From contig CAXXNO010000004.1 of the NCBI GenBank assembly GCA_963663235.2, forward strand, positions 886,830 through 950,829: DNA of 64,000 nt. Reading direction: 5' to 3'. Shown one piece after another: positions 1-10,161 of the stretch. The stretch comes from Dehalococcoidia bacterium. GTDB lineage: Bacteria; Chloroflexota; Dehalococcoidia; Bin125. A program made the position numbers and the translations under genes. Below the pieces are notes generated by a model. That model saw only the letters and a program-made list of their open reading frames with translations. It was not told the DNA's origin and did no database searches. Position 1 is the stretch's first letter. Each line of letters begins with the position of its first letter.

Positions 1-1146
1 GCGGCCGGTCTCCCGACAACGTTCGGCTCAAGCGTTTTCCGCGACCACCGGGCCGAGCGCGACGATATCCATATCGAGCGGCTACGCAAGGCCGGCGCCA
101 TCGTGATCGGGAAGACGAATGCGCCCGAGTTCGGCTACACGGCGTTCACCGATAACGACCTCTTCGGCCCCACGCTCAACCCGTGGAATCCGGAACGCAC
201 GCCGGGCGGATCGAGCGGGGGGTCGGCGGCGGCGCTGGCGGCCGGGATGGTGCCGCTGGCGACGGCGTCCGACGGGGGCGGATCGATCCGGATTCCGGCC
301 TGCTACTGCGGGCTGTACGGGCTGAAGACATCGTTCGGGCGAGTGCCCATCGGGCCGCGCCCGTTGCGGGGTTGGCTGGATTTCGGGGTGTACGGGCCAT
401 TGACTCGCTGTGTGCGCGATGCCGCGCTGTACCTGGACCAGATTGCGGGTCCACACCCGGCCGATCCTGACTCGCTGCCCGCCCCGGAGGACTCATACCT
501 TCAACGTCTGGAGGAGCCGCTGCCGCGCTTGCGCATCGCGTTCAACCGCACTCTGGGGGTCACAGACCTGCAGCCCGACGTGGAGCGCGAAGTCGAGCGG
601 GCCGTCGACACGTTCCGCGACCTGGGTCACGAGGTCACGGAGAACGACGACACCATTCCGGAGACGGTCGGGCACTGGATCCGCATGGCGTCGTTCCAGG
701 CGCTGGCGACACTTTGGGAGGAGTACTCCACGCGGCACGACGAGTTCGGTAGCGAGTTCGTGCGCAACCTGGACGACGCGCTGGACACCGGCCCCACCGA
801 CTTCCGCGATTTCGCCCGGGCACGGGCTGAGTTGATCGAGTGGACCTGGCGGCTGTTCGAGCGATTCGACCTCCTGTTGACTCCGACCCTGCCCACGGAA
901 GCGTTCGCCGCGCCAGGCCCCGTCCCGATAGAACGCGACGGCGTCCCCTACAACCCGATCGCCTTCACCTATCCGTTCAACTTCACCGGCCATCCGGCCG
1001 CGTCCGTGCGGGCCGGCTTCACGGACAGCCGGCTGCCCTGCGGCCTGCAGATCGTGGGGCCGCGACACCGGGATGACCTTGTGCTGCAGGCGTCGTATGC
1101 GTACGAGCAGGAGCGAGTCTGGAGCGACTGCTGGCCGGCGCTCTAG
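1..1146 (+). CDS. Amidase (amidase-signature family), 5'-truncated by the window edge
   Basis: Frame is open from base 1 ([10 protein letters not shown]...[14 protein letters not shown]); [12 protein letters not shown] and [11 protein letters not shown] signature motifs. Confidence 0.93.
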   Translation, partial: AAGLPTTFGSSVFRDHRAERDDIHIERLRKAGAIVIGKTNAPEFGYTAFTDNDLFGPTLNPWNPERTPGGSSGGSAAALAAGMVPLATASDGGGSIRIPACYCGLYGLKTSFGRVPIGPRPLRGWLDFGVYGPLTRCVRDAALYLDQIAGPHPADPDSLPAPEDSYLQRLEEPLPRLRIAFNRTLGVTDLQPDVEREVERAVDTFRDLGHEVTENDDTIPETVGHWIRMASFQALATLWEEYSTRHDEFGSEFVRNLDDALDTGPTDFRDFARARAELIEWTWRLFERFDLLLTPTLPTEAFAAPGPVPIERDGVPYNPIAFTYPFNFTGHPAASVRAGFTDSRLPCGLQIVGPRHRDDLVLQASYAYEQERVWSDCWPAL

Positions 1147-1236
1147 CCGGAAGTGCCACCCGCTCAACCGACGGGACGCCCGCCGCTCTCTATACTGCGC
1201 CGGGCAACGAGCGGGACTCCAGCCAGAAAGCGCGCC

Positions 1237-3798
1237 ATGATCACCGACACGCAGCGGGACGGGCCCAACCGCCTCAGGCAGCGCGAGGCCGAGGCGCGCG
1301 CGGTGCAGATCCACGATGTCACGTACGCTCTGTCACTCTCCCTGCAAGACAGGGCGCCCGACTACGAGGGCAACGTGACGATCGAGTTTGGTCACCGCGA
1401 GCCGAAAGCGGGCACGTTCCTGGACTTCACGGGCCAAACGATCGAGCTCCTGGAGGTCAACGGCCAGCCGGTCGGCGATTCCGTCTGGCGATCCAACCGG
1501 ATCGAGCTCGAGGGCAGGCGGCTGCGCGATCAGAACACGGTTCGCATCGTCTACCGGAACGCGTACGACCACACGGGCGCCGGCTTCCACCAGTTCCAGG
1601 ATCCGGAAGACGGCAGCGAGTACGTCTATACGAACTTCGAGCCGTACGAGGCCCACCGTCTTTTCCCCTGCTTCGACCAGCCCGACATCCGAGCACGCCT
1701 ACAGCTCAGCGTCGCGGCACCCGACGACTGGACGGTCATCGCGAACGAGGCTGAGACGGGCCGGACCGCGACAGCGGACGGGCGCGCGCAGCGTCGGTTC
1801 ACCCAGACGCCGCCGCTCAGCACCTACCTCTTCGCCGTGGTGGCGGGGCCGTACGAGCGCTTCCAGGACCGGTATGAGGACACGCCGCTGGCGCTCTACT
1901 GTCGGCGGTCACTCAGCCAGTACCTGGACAGTGCGGAGGTGTTCACCATCACCAAGCAGGGGCTGGCGTTCTTTAGCGACTTCTTCGCCTGCCCTTACCC
2001 CTTCAGCAAGTACGACCAACTCTTCGTCCCGGAGTTCAACGCGGGCGCGATGGAGAACGCCGGCGCCGTGACCTTCTCCGAGCGGATGGTGTTCCGCGAC
2101 CCGCCTACGGAGATTCAGCGGATGAATCGCGCCGAGGTGGTGCTGCACGAAATGGCACACATGTGGTTCGGGGATCTGGTCACCATGCGCTGGTGGAACG
2201 ATCTCTGGCTCAACGAGAGCTTCGCCACGTACATGTCGTACCTGGCCATGAGCGAAGCCACTCGCTTCAGCCGTGGCTGGCAGGCGTTCAACTCCCGCAT
2301 GAAGGCGTGGGCCTATCACCAGGACCAACTGGTGACCACCCACCCGATCGCCGGGCCGGTGCCGGATACCGACGCCACCTTCCTCAACTTCGACGGCATC
2401 ACCTATGGCAAGGGCGCCTCGGTCCTGAAGCAGTTGGCCGCCGCCATCGGCAGCGATGGTTTCCGCGAGGGGATGCGGCACTACTTCCGGACCTACGCCT
2501 GGACGAACACCAACCTCAGCGACTTCCTCGGCGCGTTGGAGCACGGAGCACAACGGGACCTGCAGGAGTGGTCGCGGCTGTGGATCGAGACCGAAGGGCT
2601 GAACACTCTACGTCCCGCCTGGGAGACCCGCGACGGCCGGGTGGGCGCGTTCACGATCGCGCAGACGGCGCCCGCCGAGCACCCGACGCTGCGCCCGCAC
2701 CACCTGCAACTGGCGCTGATCGACGCCGACGCCTCGGGCGCGCCCGTCCTGCGCGACTCCATCCCCGTGCTAGTCGAGGGGGAGCGAACCGTAGTCGAGG
2801 CGGCCGCCGGCATGGAAGCGCCGGCCTGCGTCTTCGCCAACGACCAGGACCACGCCTACGCCAAGATCGCGCTGGACGAGCGCTCGGTGGCCTTCGTGCG
2901 GGAGCGGGTGGATCGCTTCGCCGACCCATTCTTGCGCCAACTGCTGTGGCGCACCCTCTGGGACATGGTGCGGGACCAGCAGTTCCGATCGACAGACTAC
3001 CTGGCGCTGGTGCGGGACAAGATCGGTGCCGAGCAAGAGCTAGAGCTGATCGAGAGCGCACTGGGCAACGTGCAGGCGGCCGTCGCCCGCTTCGTGCCCG
3101 AAAGCCGACGCGTGGACGAAGCGGAGGCGTTCTCCGACATCGCCTGGGAGCGGCTCTTCGTCGCACCGGACAAGGACCGGCGCATTGTCTGGGCGCGGGC
3201 GGCGATCACCGCCGCGCAGCGGCCCCAGAGCATCGCCCGGCTGCTGGAGCTCGTCGACAAGGGGACGGGGATCGAGGGATTCGATCTGGACCAAGACATG
3301 CGGTGGTCCCTGGTGACGAAGCAGATCGCCCACGGCCTCGCCGACGGGAGCGCCCGGCTGGAAGTGGAAGCAGAGCGCGACCCCAGCGACCGCGGCCGGC
3401 GCGCAGCGGCTCGCGCACGCAGCAGCGCACCCGACGCCGGGGTCAAGGCGGAGGAGTGGGAACGATTCACCAGCGACCGTGAGTCGTCGCTGCAGATGAT
3501 CGCGGCGGGTATGAGCGGCTTCGTCTGGCCGCACCAACGTGAGCTGCTGGCGCCGTACGTGGAGCGGTTCTTCGACGAGGTGCGCGACGTCTTTCGATCG
3601 CGCGACAAGGACTTCGCCCAAGCCTATTTCGGCGCGCTGTTCCCGCACTCCCGGCCCGAGGATGCCGTGATTGAGCGGGCAGAGGCGCTCCTGGCCTCGC
3701 TCGGCGACGACGAAGCGGTGCTGCGACGCACTACCCTGGAAGCGCTGGATGACCTGCGCCGCGCCCGGGCCTGTCGCGCCTTCGCGGCATCGGCCTAG
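1237..3798 (+). CDS. pepN: Aminopeptidase N (M1 zinc metallopeptidase)
   Basis: GAMEN motif, HEMAH-x18-E (WWNDLWLNESFA), FDGITYGKG; start placed at ATG 1237. Confidence 0.95.
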   Translation: MITDTQRDGPNRLRQREAEARAVQIHDVTYALSLSLQDRAPDYEGNVTIEFGHREPKAGTFLDFTGQTIELLEVNGQPVGDSVWRSNRIELEGRRLRDQNTVRIVYRNAYDHTGAGFHQFQDPEDGSEYVYTNFEPYEAHRLFPCFDQPDIRARLQLSVAAPDDWTVIANEAETGRTATADGRAQRRFTQTPPLSTYLFAVVAGPYERFQDRYEDTPLALYCRRSLSQYLDSAEVFTITKQGLAFFSDFFACPYPFSKYDQLFVPEFNAGAMENAGAVTFSERMVFRDPPTEIQRMNRAEVVLHEMAHMWFGDLVTMRWWNDLWLNESFATYMSYLAMSEATRFSRGWQAFNSRMKAWAYHQDQLVTTHPIAGPVPDTDATFLNFDGITYGKGASVLKQLAAAIGSDGFREGMRHYFRTYAWTNTNLSDFLGALEHGAQRDLQEWSRLWIETEGLNTLRPAWETRDGRVGAFTIAQTAPAEHPTLRPHHLQLALIDADASGAPVLRDSIPVLVEGERTVVEAAAGMEAPACVFANDQDHAYAKIALDERSVAFVRERVDRFADPFLRQLLWRTLWDMVRDQQFRSTDYLALVRDKIGAEQELELIESALGNVQAAVARFVPESRRVDEAEAFSDIAWERLFVAPDKDRRIVWARAAITAAQRPQSIARLLELVDKGTGIEGFDLDQDMRWSLVTKQIAHGLADGSARLEVEAERDPSDRGRRAAARARSSAPDAGVKAEEWERFTSDRESSLQMIAAGMSGFVWPHQRELLAPYVERFFDEVRDVFRSRDKDFAQAYFGALFPHSRPEDAVIERAEALLASLGDDEAVLRRTTLEALDDLRRARACRAFAASA

Positions 3799-3820
3799 CC
3801 CGGCGACGAGGGAGCGTCGA

Positions 3821-4633
3821 ATGGCTGAGATCGCCGCCTGCTATCTCCATCCGGTCAAGGGCATGCCGCCCGTGGCGATGCCCTCCCTGGAACTGGAACC
3901 GGGCCGCAGTCCCAAGGGGGACCGGGCGTTCGTGTTCGCCTTCGCCACAGCGCGTCCACAGGGCGAATACCGCTGGGTCAGCAAGCACGACTCGGTCACT
4001 ATGCTGAACACTCCTCATCTCGCCCGCCTGCTCGCGGCGTTCGATCCCAGCACGCGCCGACTCACCATCGAGGCCCGTGAGGGCAACGGCTGGGGGAACG
4101 GCCCGGAGGGAGACCGCAGCGCGAGCGCGAACGTCGATGATCCAGGAGAGCGGGAAGTGCTGGCGGCCTGGGTGGCGCGGGCGCTGAAGCGACTCCCGTC
4201 CAACCCGCTGGCGGTGATGCCAGCCGTGGAGCCGCTGCAACTGCTGGGCGATGGGCGGTCTGCGTTCACCGACCGCGGTCCAACCCAAGTCAGTCTGGGC
4301 ACCGTTGACAGCCTGCGATCGCTCTCGGAGCAGGCCGGAGTCGACATCGATATCCGGCGGTTTCGGCTGAACCTGATCATGAGCGGCGTGCCGCCGTGGG
4401 AGGAGCTGTCCTGGGGGCAGCAGCGGCTACGCATTGGGACGGTCGTCATGGTAGTGAGAGCGCCGCTGGTCCGGTGCAACTCCATCAACGCATCGCCGGA
4501 GGGCGCCGGGCGCGACGTGGAGGTGATGTCCGCGCTGCTGGCGGAGTTCGGACACGCATACTTCGGAGTGGAGGCAGAGGTGCTGGACGGCGGACGGGTC
4601 AGCGTGGGCGATGGCGTCGAGCTGATCGGCTAG
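3821..4633 (+). CDS. MOSC domain-containing protein
   Basis: N-terminal YLHPVKG, GDRAF, DIRRFRLNL, conserved Cys in VRCNSIN, GRVSVGD; GGAG before ATG 3821. Confidence 0.85.
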   Translation: MAEIAACYLHPVKGMPPVAMPSLELEPGRSPKGDRAFVFAFATARPQGEYRWVSKHDSVTMLNTPHLARLLAAFDPSTRRLTIEAREGNGWGNGPEGDRSASANVDDPGEREVLAAWVARALKRLPSNPLAVMPAVEPLQLLGDGRSAFTDRGPTQVSLGTVDSLRSLSEQAGVDIDIRRFRLNLIMSGVPPWEELSWGQQRLRIGTVVMVVRAPLVRCNSINASPEGAGRDVEVMSALLAEFGHAYFGVEAEVLDGGRVSVGDGVELIG

Positions 4634-4649
4634 CAGACGAAGCGGACCG

Positions 4650-5399
4650 ATGGATCGTTTCCCGCTGGAGTCGTGGGACCCAGACCGACCCGACATCGCG
4701 CCGCTGCTGGCCGAGTCGGCGCTGGTGGACAGCGGGCTGATCCCGTCGGCGTCGAACTACGTCTTCGTGCTGGCGCTGAAGAGTGCGGAGGCGGGACGCG
4801 GCCATGCGATCTACAAACCGAGCCGCGGGGAGGCGCCGCTGTGGGACTTCCCGCCGGACCTCTATCTGCGCGAGCAGGCCACCTATCTCCTGAGCGAGGC
4901 GCTGGGCTGGGGTATCGTGCCGCCGACGGTGATTCGTGAGGTGGGGCTAGAGCACGGCGTGGGCTCCGTGCAGCTGTACATCCCCCATGATCGTCGCTGC
5001 ACGTTCTTCGACCTGCGGGGGCGCTTCCCGGCGGAGATGCGTCGCTTCGCCACGTTCGACTGGCTCAGCAACAACGCCGATCGCAAGGGCGGGCACATCA
5101 TCCTAGACGGGCGGAACCGGCTCTGGGCCATCGACCACGGCCTCACGTTCCACGCGGAGGAGAAGCTGCGCACGGTGATCTGGGACTACGCCGAAGAGCC
5201 GGTGCCGGAGCCGCTGCTGGGCGACATCGAAGCGTTGCTGGGCCAGCTCGACGGGGGCGACCTTCCGGAACGGTTGGGCGCCTGCTTGGACAGGAGCGAG
5301 ATCGAGGCGCTGCGCGCTCGTGCGGCGATGATCCTGCGCGAGCCCCGCTTTCCCGTGCCGCCGAGCTCTCGGCGACCGTACCCCTGGCCGCTGGTCTAG
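4650..5399 (+). CDS. SCO1664-family PI3/4-kinase-like protein
   Basis: IYKPxRGEAPLWDFP, NNADRKGGH, AIDHGLTFH, KLRTVIWD, C-terminal PYPWP. Confidence 0.85.
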   Translation: MDRFPLESWDPDRPDIAPLLAESALVDSGLIPSASNYVFVLALKSAEAGRGHAIYKPSRGEAPLWDFPPDLYLREQATYLLSEALGWGIVPPTVIREVGLEHGVGSVQLYIPHDRRCTFFDLRGRFPAEMRRFATFDWLSNNADRKGGHIILDGRNRLWAIDHGLTFHAEEKLRTVIWDYAEEPVPEPLLGDIEALLGQLDGGDLPERLGACLDRSEIEALRARAAMILREPRFPVPPSSRRPYPWPLV

Positions 5400-6133
5400 G
5401 ACGACGCCTTAAAGCGGTTGCGCAGGCGGACCCGGCCGGGGCCGCCATCCGCAGGGATACGCTTGAGCGCGAGCGCGACGCGGTTGTCGGCGTCCAAGGC
5501 CTGCCAGTAGCGGTCCAGCAGCGACTCCTCGTCGCCGTCGAGGGGGAGCCAGAGGGGCTCGCCGCGGAAGCTGGGGAGCGGGTCGCCGTCGCCCTCGTAG
5601 GTGGTGAGGCCCAGGCCGAAGCCGGGGGGCGGCGGGGCGGGGCGGAAGGTGGTGTGATGGCTCAGGGCTGGGTCGTCGGGGTTGGCCTTGATGATGTTGA
5701 GCGCCAGGGCCGGCTCGTCGCTCAGCAGGTCCAGCATGGCGCTGATCCGCGGCGTGTAGTTGGGGGCGTCGGGCTCGCGCTCCCGCGTCGCCAGAGCCGC
5801 CTCGAACGTTTCCCCCTGGGCGAGGGCGCGGTGCAAGGTGCGGGTCTGGTCGCCGTTGCTCACCAGGTAGAGGCCCGGCAGCTCCAGCATCGCCTCGTAG
5901 ATGATCAGGCTCGGGTCTTTCACGAGCGAGGGATCCGCGGGAGCCGTACGCAGCGTCGAGCCTTCGGCGAGAAAGAGGCGGTTCCGGCTGTTGGCGCTGC
6001 GACCCATGATCCAGTAGAGTTGGAGCCAGGCGGCTCCGTCCGCCGATCGCCCCAGCACCAGACCCCGGCCGGGATACGGGTTGCGCAGCAGGCGGCTGTT
6101 GAAGTTGGCGTCGGCTTCGGCGCGCAGGTCCAT
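5396..6133 (-). CDS. Stand-alone IMP cyclohydrolase (PurO-like)
   Basis: NPYPGRG, YWIMGRSANSRNR, DPSLIIY, SNGDQT, EPDAPNYTPRIS; lies directly downstream of the AICAR transformylase gene. Confidence 0.85.
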   Translation of the reverse strand: MDLRAEADANFNSRLLRNPYPGRGLVLGRSADGAAWLQLYWIMGRSANSRNRLFLAEGSTLRTAPADPSLVKDPSLIIYEAMLELPGLYLVSNGDQTRTLHRALAQGETFEAALATREREPDAPNYTPRISAMLDLLSDEPALALNIIKANPDDPALSHHTTFRPAPPPPGFGLGLTTYEGDGDPLPSFRGEPLWLPLDGDEESLLDRYWQALDADNRVALALKRIPADGGPGRVRLRNRFKASS

Positions 6134-6140
6134 GGCGGCG

Positions 6141-7319
6141 CTAGTGATGAAAGAGGCGGAGGCTGGAGAAGGCCATCACCATGCCGTACTCGTCGGCGGC
6201 GGCGATGACCCCTTCGTCCGCGATGGAGCCGCCCGGCTGGAGGATGTAGCGCACGGCGCTGGCCTGCGCCCGGTCCACGTTGTCGCGGAAGGGCATGAAG
6301 GCATCGTGGCTGAGCGCGTTGGTGAACTGGGCGATCCAGTGACGCCGCTCCTCGGTCGTCAGGGGATCCACGGCGGCGGTCATCTGCGCGTGCAGATGCT
6401 CCCTCTCCGCCGGCGAGAGCTGGTCGAAGGAGATGAACTGCTCCCGGGCCGTGAAGCGCTCGGGCCGCTTGAGGTCCTCCCGGAGCGGGAGTTCGAGCAC
6501 CCGCGGGTGCTGCTGCAACATCCAGCGGTCCGCCTTGGAGCAGGCGATGCGCGAGCAGTGAATGCGCGACTGCTGTCCCGCGCCCAGCCCGATCACCTGA
6601 CCGTCGGCGGCCACGCAGACGGAGTTGGACTGCGTGTAGCGGAGAGCGACGGTGGCCACCAGCAGGTCGCGGGCCGCTTCCGGCGGGATGCTTTTCTCCT
6701 TGGTGACCACGTTGCCGAGCAGATCAGCGGTGATGGGAGTGGTATCGCGGGGCTGCTCCAAGACCAGGCCGAACAGGTCGCGCCGCTCGACCGGGGGCGG
6801 CTCGAAGTCGGGGTCGATCTGGAGGACCAGGTAGTTGCCGCCCTTCTTCTTGCGCAGGATCGCGAGCGCGTCGGCGTCGTAGCCGGGAGCGATGACGCCG
6901 TCCGAGACCTCGCGCCGCAGCGCCTCCGCGAGGGAGACATCCACCACATCGCTACAGGCGGCGAAATCGCCGTAGGAGGAGATGAGGTCGCCGCCGCGGG
7001 CACGGACGTAGGCGGCGGCGAGCGGCGAGAGGTCACGCTCCTCCACGGCGTAGGCGCGGCGCAGAACACCGGAGAGCGGCAGGCCGATGGCCGCGCCAGC
7101 CGGGCTGACGTGCTTGAACGAGGCGGCCGCGGGCAGGCCGGTCGCCTGGCGCAGCTCCCGCACCAGCGGCCAGCCGTTGAGGGCATCGAGGAGATTGATG
7201 TATCCCGGAGCACCGTTGAGCACCGAGATGGGGAGCGCCCCCTCAGCCCGGACCGCGCGCGCCGGCGTGCGATGCGGGTTCAATCCGTAGCGCAGGGGGA
7301 TCTCGGAACTCACAGCCAA
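6141..7319 (-). CDS. purH: AICAR transformylase (PurH lacking the IMP cyclohydrolase domain)
   Basis: Begins at LRYGLNPH; NGAPGYINLLDA, SFKHVSPAG, YTQSNS, GAGQQSRIHC, DAFMPFRDN, QPGGS, ends RLFHH. Confidence 0.92.
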   Translation of the reverse strand: MAVSSEIPLRYGLNPHRTPARAVRAEGALPISVLNGAPGYINLLDALNGWPLVRELRQATGLPAAASFKHVSPAGAAIGLPLSGVLRRAYAVEERDLSPLAAAYVRARGGDLISSYGDFAACSDVVDVSLAEALRREVSDGVIAPGYDADALAILRKKKGGNYLVLQIDPDFEPPPVERRDLFGLVLEQPRDTTPITADLLGNVVTKEKSIPPEAARDLLVATVALRYTQSNSVCVAADGQVIGLGAGQQSRIHCSRIACSKADRWMLQQHPRVLELPLREDLKRPERFTAREQFISFDQLSPAEREHLHAQMTAAVDPLTTEERRHWIAQFTNALSHDAFMPFRDNVDRAQASAVRYILQPGGSIADEGVIAAADEYGMVMAFSSLRLFHH

Positions 7320-7405
7320 CCGCCAGTGATCCGGAGTGCAACGTCTGCTCCCTGCCTACCGTTGCCATCAGGCGGGGTCAAGGGCGGGGTGGAAAAGGCC
7401 GCGCG

Positions 7406-8284
7406 CTAGCGGAGCAGGTCCGCGAGCGCTGCGTCAATGTCGCGGAAGCGGAACCGATACCCCAAGGCCTCAGTGCGCCGAGGAAGCACGCGTTGACCGC
7501 TGGTCAACACGGAAGCGCCCTCGCCCAGCTGCAGGCGAAACACGAACGGCGGCACCCACAGCAGTGCCGGGCGGCGGAGGGCGCCCCCCAAGGCCCGGGT
7601 GAAAGCCGCGTTGGTCAGCGGCTCCGGCGCGCACAGGTTGAGCGGCCCTTCGACGGTGTCTGAATCGATAGCGTGGATCATCGCGCCGGTGACGTCGGTG
7701 AAGTGGACCCAGGAGAGCCATTGGCGGCCCCGGCCGATCGACCCACCGAGACCGAGGCGGAAGGGGCGCAGCATCTTGGGGAGCGCCCCGCCCTCCCGAG
7801 TCAGCACAACGCCCATCCGGAACAGGACGGTGCGCACGCCACTCCCCTGCGCCGCCGCCTCCCAGTCACGGCAGAGCGTGGCCAGGAAGTCCGTGCCGGG
7901 CGGGGCGTCCTCGTCCAGTTCCTCGCTACCGTGCGGCCCGTAGTAGCCCACCGCCGACGCCGACACCAAGACGCGCGGCTTGCGCTCCGACGAGGCGATT
8001 GCCTCGACGAGGGTTCGGGCCGTATCGATGCGGCTGGCGCGCAGCTCCGCCTTGCGGGCGGCCGTCCAGCGCTTGGCAGTCACGTCGGCGCCGGCAAGGT
8101 GGACGACCGCGTCCGCTTCAGCGACGGCGGCCTTGACGCCGTCCCAGGCGACCCAGGTGATGGCGTCGTCGCGAGGGGCGGCGGGATCGCGCGTTACCCC
8201 GATCACGGAGTCGCCGCGGGCGGCCAGCGCCTCGCTCAAGGCCGCGCCGACGGTCCCGCCGGCGCCGGTGATCAAGACCCTCAT
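7406..8284 (-). CDS. TIGR01777-family NAD-dependent epimerase/oxidoreductase
   Basis: ITGAGGTVG, HLAG, SASAVGYYG, GRQWLSWVH, SGQRVLP; start at ATG 8284. Confidence 0.9.
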   Translation of the reverse strand: MRVLITGAGGTVGAALSEALAARGDSVIGVTRDPAAPRDDAITWVAWDGVKAAVAEADAVVHLAGADVTAKRWTAARKAELRASRIDTARTLVEAIASSERKPRVLVSASAVGYYGPHGSEELDEDAPPGTDFLATLCRDWEAAAQGSGVRTVLFRMGVVLTREGGALPKMLRPFRLGLGGSIGRGRQWLSWVHFTDVTGAMIHAIDSDTVEGPLNLCAPEPLTNAAFTRALGGALRRPALLWVPPFVFRLQLGEGASVLTSGQRVLPRRTEALGYRFRFRDIDAALADLLR

Positions 8285-8291
8285 CGAGCCG

Positions 8292-8822
8292 TCAGCCGCC
8301 CATCGTGGGCACGACCGGCTCCAACCCCTGGATGCCACGAAGGAGGTTGATCTCACCGCGATGCCCGTTGAGGTGCGTGACCAGGTGCAGGAGGATCGCT
8401 CCGCCGACGGTTTCGGTGCGCTCTCCGACTTTCACCTCGCGCTGGAGGTCGGCGTCGGTGGCAGCGGCGAGGAAGCCGTCGGTGGCGGCGGCCACGGCAT
8501 CGGCGTAGCCGGCGAAGGCGTCGACGTTGGCGAGGTGTACCTGCTGCGCTTCGTCGGTGGACTGCCCGGTGCCGATCCCCTTGGGCGGCAGGCCGGTCCG
8601 TTCCGCCCAGCCCCCCTCCCTCCAGATTGGGTCCTTGTCCTGCGCGATCCGCTGGATGATGGAATCCTCGATGCGGGCGGCGTGCCACAGCACCCAAGCG
8701 ATCGAGTGGCTGCCCTCCGGCGGCACGAAGTGCAGTTGCTCGTCCATCTGGCCGCTGCGGGCATCGCGGAAAGCGGCGTGGAGGAAGTCCATTCCCTGCC
8801 GGAGGTACTCCTGGTCGCTCAT
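8292..8822 (-). CDS. DinB family protein
   Basis: HSIAWVLWH...ED and HLNGHRGEI His motifs; GGAG RBS. Confidence 0.85.
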   Translation of the reverse strand: MSDQEYLRQGMDFLHAAFRDARSGQMDEQLHFVPPEGSHSIAWVLWHAARIEDSIIQRIAQDKDPIWREGGWAERTGLPPKGIGTGQSTDEAQQVHLANVDAFAGYADAVAAATDGFLAAATDADLQREVKVGERTETVGGAILLHLVTHLNGHRGEINLLRGIQGLEPVVPTMGG

Positions 8823-9244
8823 TCCGCGCTCCTTTCGTGGGGGGGCTGGTCATCAGGTGGCTGATCGGCGGGCGGCTGTTCGTCAGGCAGTTGATCGGCG
8901 GGCGGCTGCTCGTCCAGGGCGCCGAGTTCCCGGAGTTGGCGGGCGAGGTCTTCCAGTTGGTCCTCGTTGATGCCCATGCTCTGCATAGTCTCGCGCACCA
9001 GGCGGCGGACCTCATCCAGATTCTGGCGGATGAGAGCGTCGGCCAACTCCAGTTGGGTCTCGATGGCGCGGAAGCCGTGCCGCCGCTCGGTCTCGGTCAT
9101 GCCCAGGATGGTGGAAATCAGGCGGGTGAACAGGGTGGTGGTGCGGGCGATGCGGATGCGGTCATCGGGATGGGCCGGGAACTCGCCGGTGACGGTCACC
9201 TCGAGTCCCGTGCGCTTGTCGGTGGCGACGTACTGCTCCGGCAT
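8819..9244 (-). CDS. Hypothetical protein with C-terminal DEQPPADQ repeats
   Basis: Coding-like composition, GGGAG RBS, ATGA overlap with the DinB gene; 30-bp repeats at about 8845-8915. Confidence 0.75.
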   Translation of the reverse strand: MPEQYVATDKRTGLEVTVTGEFPAHPDDRIRIARTTTLFTRLISTILGMTETERRHGFRAIETQLELADALIRQNLDEVRRLVRETMQSMGINEDQLEDLARQLRELGALDEQPPADQLPDEQPPADQPPDDQPPHERSAE

Positions 9245-9340
9245 CGGCGCTGCTCCCTGCCCTCGGTATCGCTCCCCATCTTAGCGGCAGGAGGGGGGTG
9301 GCCCGCGCCGGCGGCGGCCGGGCGAGATATCCTGGAGTCG

Positions 9341-10132
9341 ATGGACAGCGACAACCGGAAGCGGCCCAACGACCGGCCCAAGGCTTACGAGGACCCGGAG
9401 TTCCTCAGCAGCCCGCAGGCCCGCACGCTGCGGGTCCTGGCGGAACTGCTGGAGCCGCGCTATCGCCTGGAGCGGGAGGGGATCGAAGACACGATCGTCT
9501 TTTTCGGGTCGTCGCGGATCCAGAGGCCGGCAGAGGGGAGCGCCCATGCGGGCTTGGCCTCGCTGGCGCCGATGTACGAGGCGGCGCGGGAGCTGGCGCA
9601 TCGGCTGACCGAGTGGGGCCGCGACTTCTCGGACGAACGCCGCTTCGTGATCTGCACGGGCGGGGGGCCGGGGGTGATGGAAGCCGCGAACCAGGGAGCG
9701 GCCGAGGCGGGGGGACGGTCGGTCGGGTTCGCCATCAGCCTGCCCCATGAAGAGCAGCTCAACCGATACGTCAGCGCCGAGCTGGCATTTGACTTTCACT
9801 ATTTCTTCATCCGCAAGTTCTGGTTTGTGTACAACGCCAAGGCGCTGGTCTTCTTCCCCGGCGGATTCGGCACCATGGATGAGCTGATGGAGGTGCTCAC
9901 CCTGGTGCAGACCGGCAAGGTGCGCAAGAAGATGGGGATCGTCCTGTACGGCCGCGAGTTCTGGCGGAAGGCGATCGACTTCGACGCGCTGACGGAGTAC
10001 GGGGTGATCTCGCCGGAAGACCGCGACTTGTTCGTCATCGTCGATGACGTGGACGAGGCCTTCGAGCAGGTGTGCAGTTTCTTGACGGCCAATTACGGTC
10101 CGAGCCTGCTGGAGGAAGAGCCGCCGATGTAG
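9341..10132 (+). CDS. LOG-family (TIGR00730) nucleotide monophosphate nucleosidase-like protein
   Basis: FFGSSR, TGGGPGVMEAAN, FHYFFIRKFWF, PGGFGTMDELME. Confidence 0.92.
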   Translation: MDSDNRKRPNDRPKAYEDPEFLSSPQARTLRVLAELLEPRYRLEREGIEDTIVFFGSSRIQRPAEGSAHAGLASLAPMYEAARELAHRLTEWGRDFSDERRFVICTGGGPGVMEAANQGAAEAGGRSVGFAISLPHEEQLNRYVSAELAFDFHYFFIRKFWFVYNAKALVFFPGGFGTMDELMEVLTLVQTGKVRKKMGIVLYGREFWRKAIDFDALTEYGVISPEDRDLFVIVDDVDEAFEQVCSFLTANYGPSLLEEEPPM

Positions 10133-10161
10133 GGAGCGTGCTCGCGCGGCGTCTCGCGCGA

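Noticed and set aside
7320-7405. ZMP/ZTP riboswitch upstream of purH
   Set aside because: Only an ACTGGCG fragment is present, right at the start codon; the GGGAGC and GCCTGGGC elements are not in the required order
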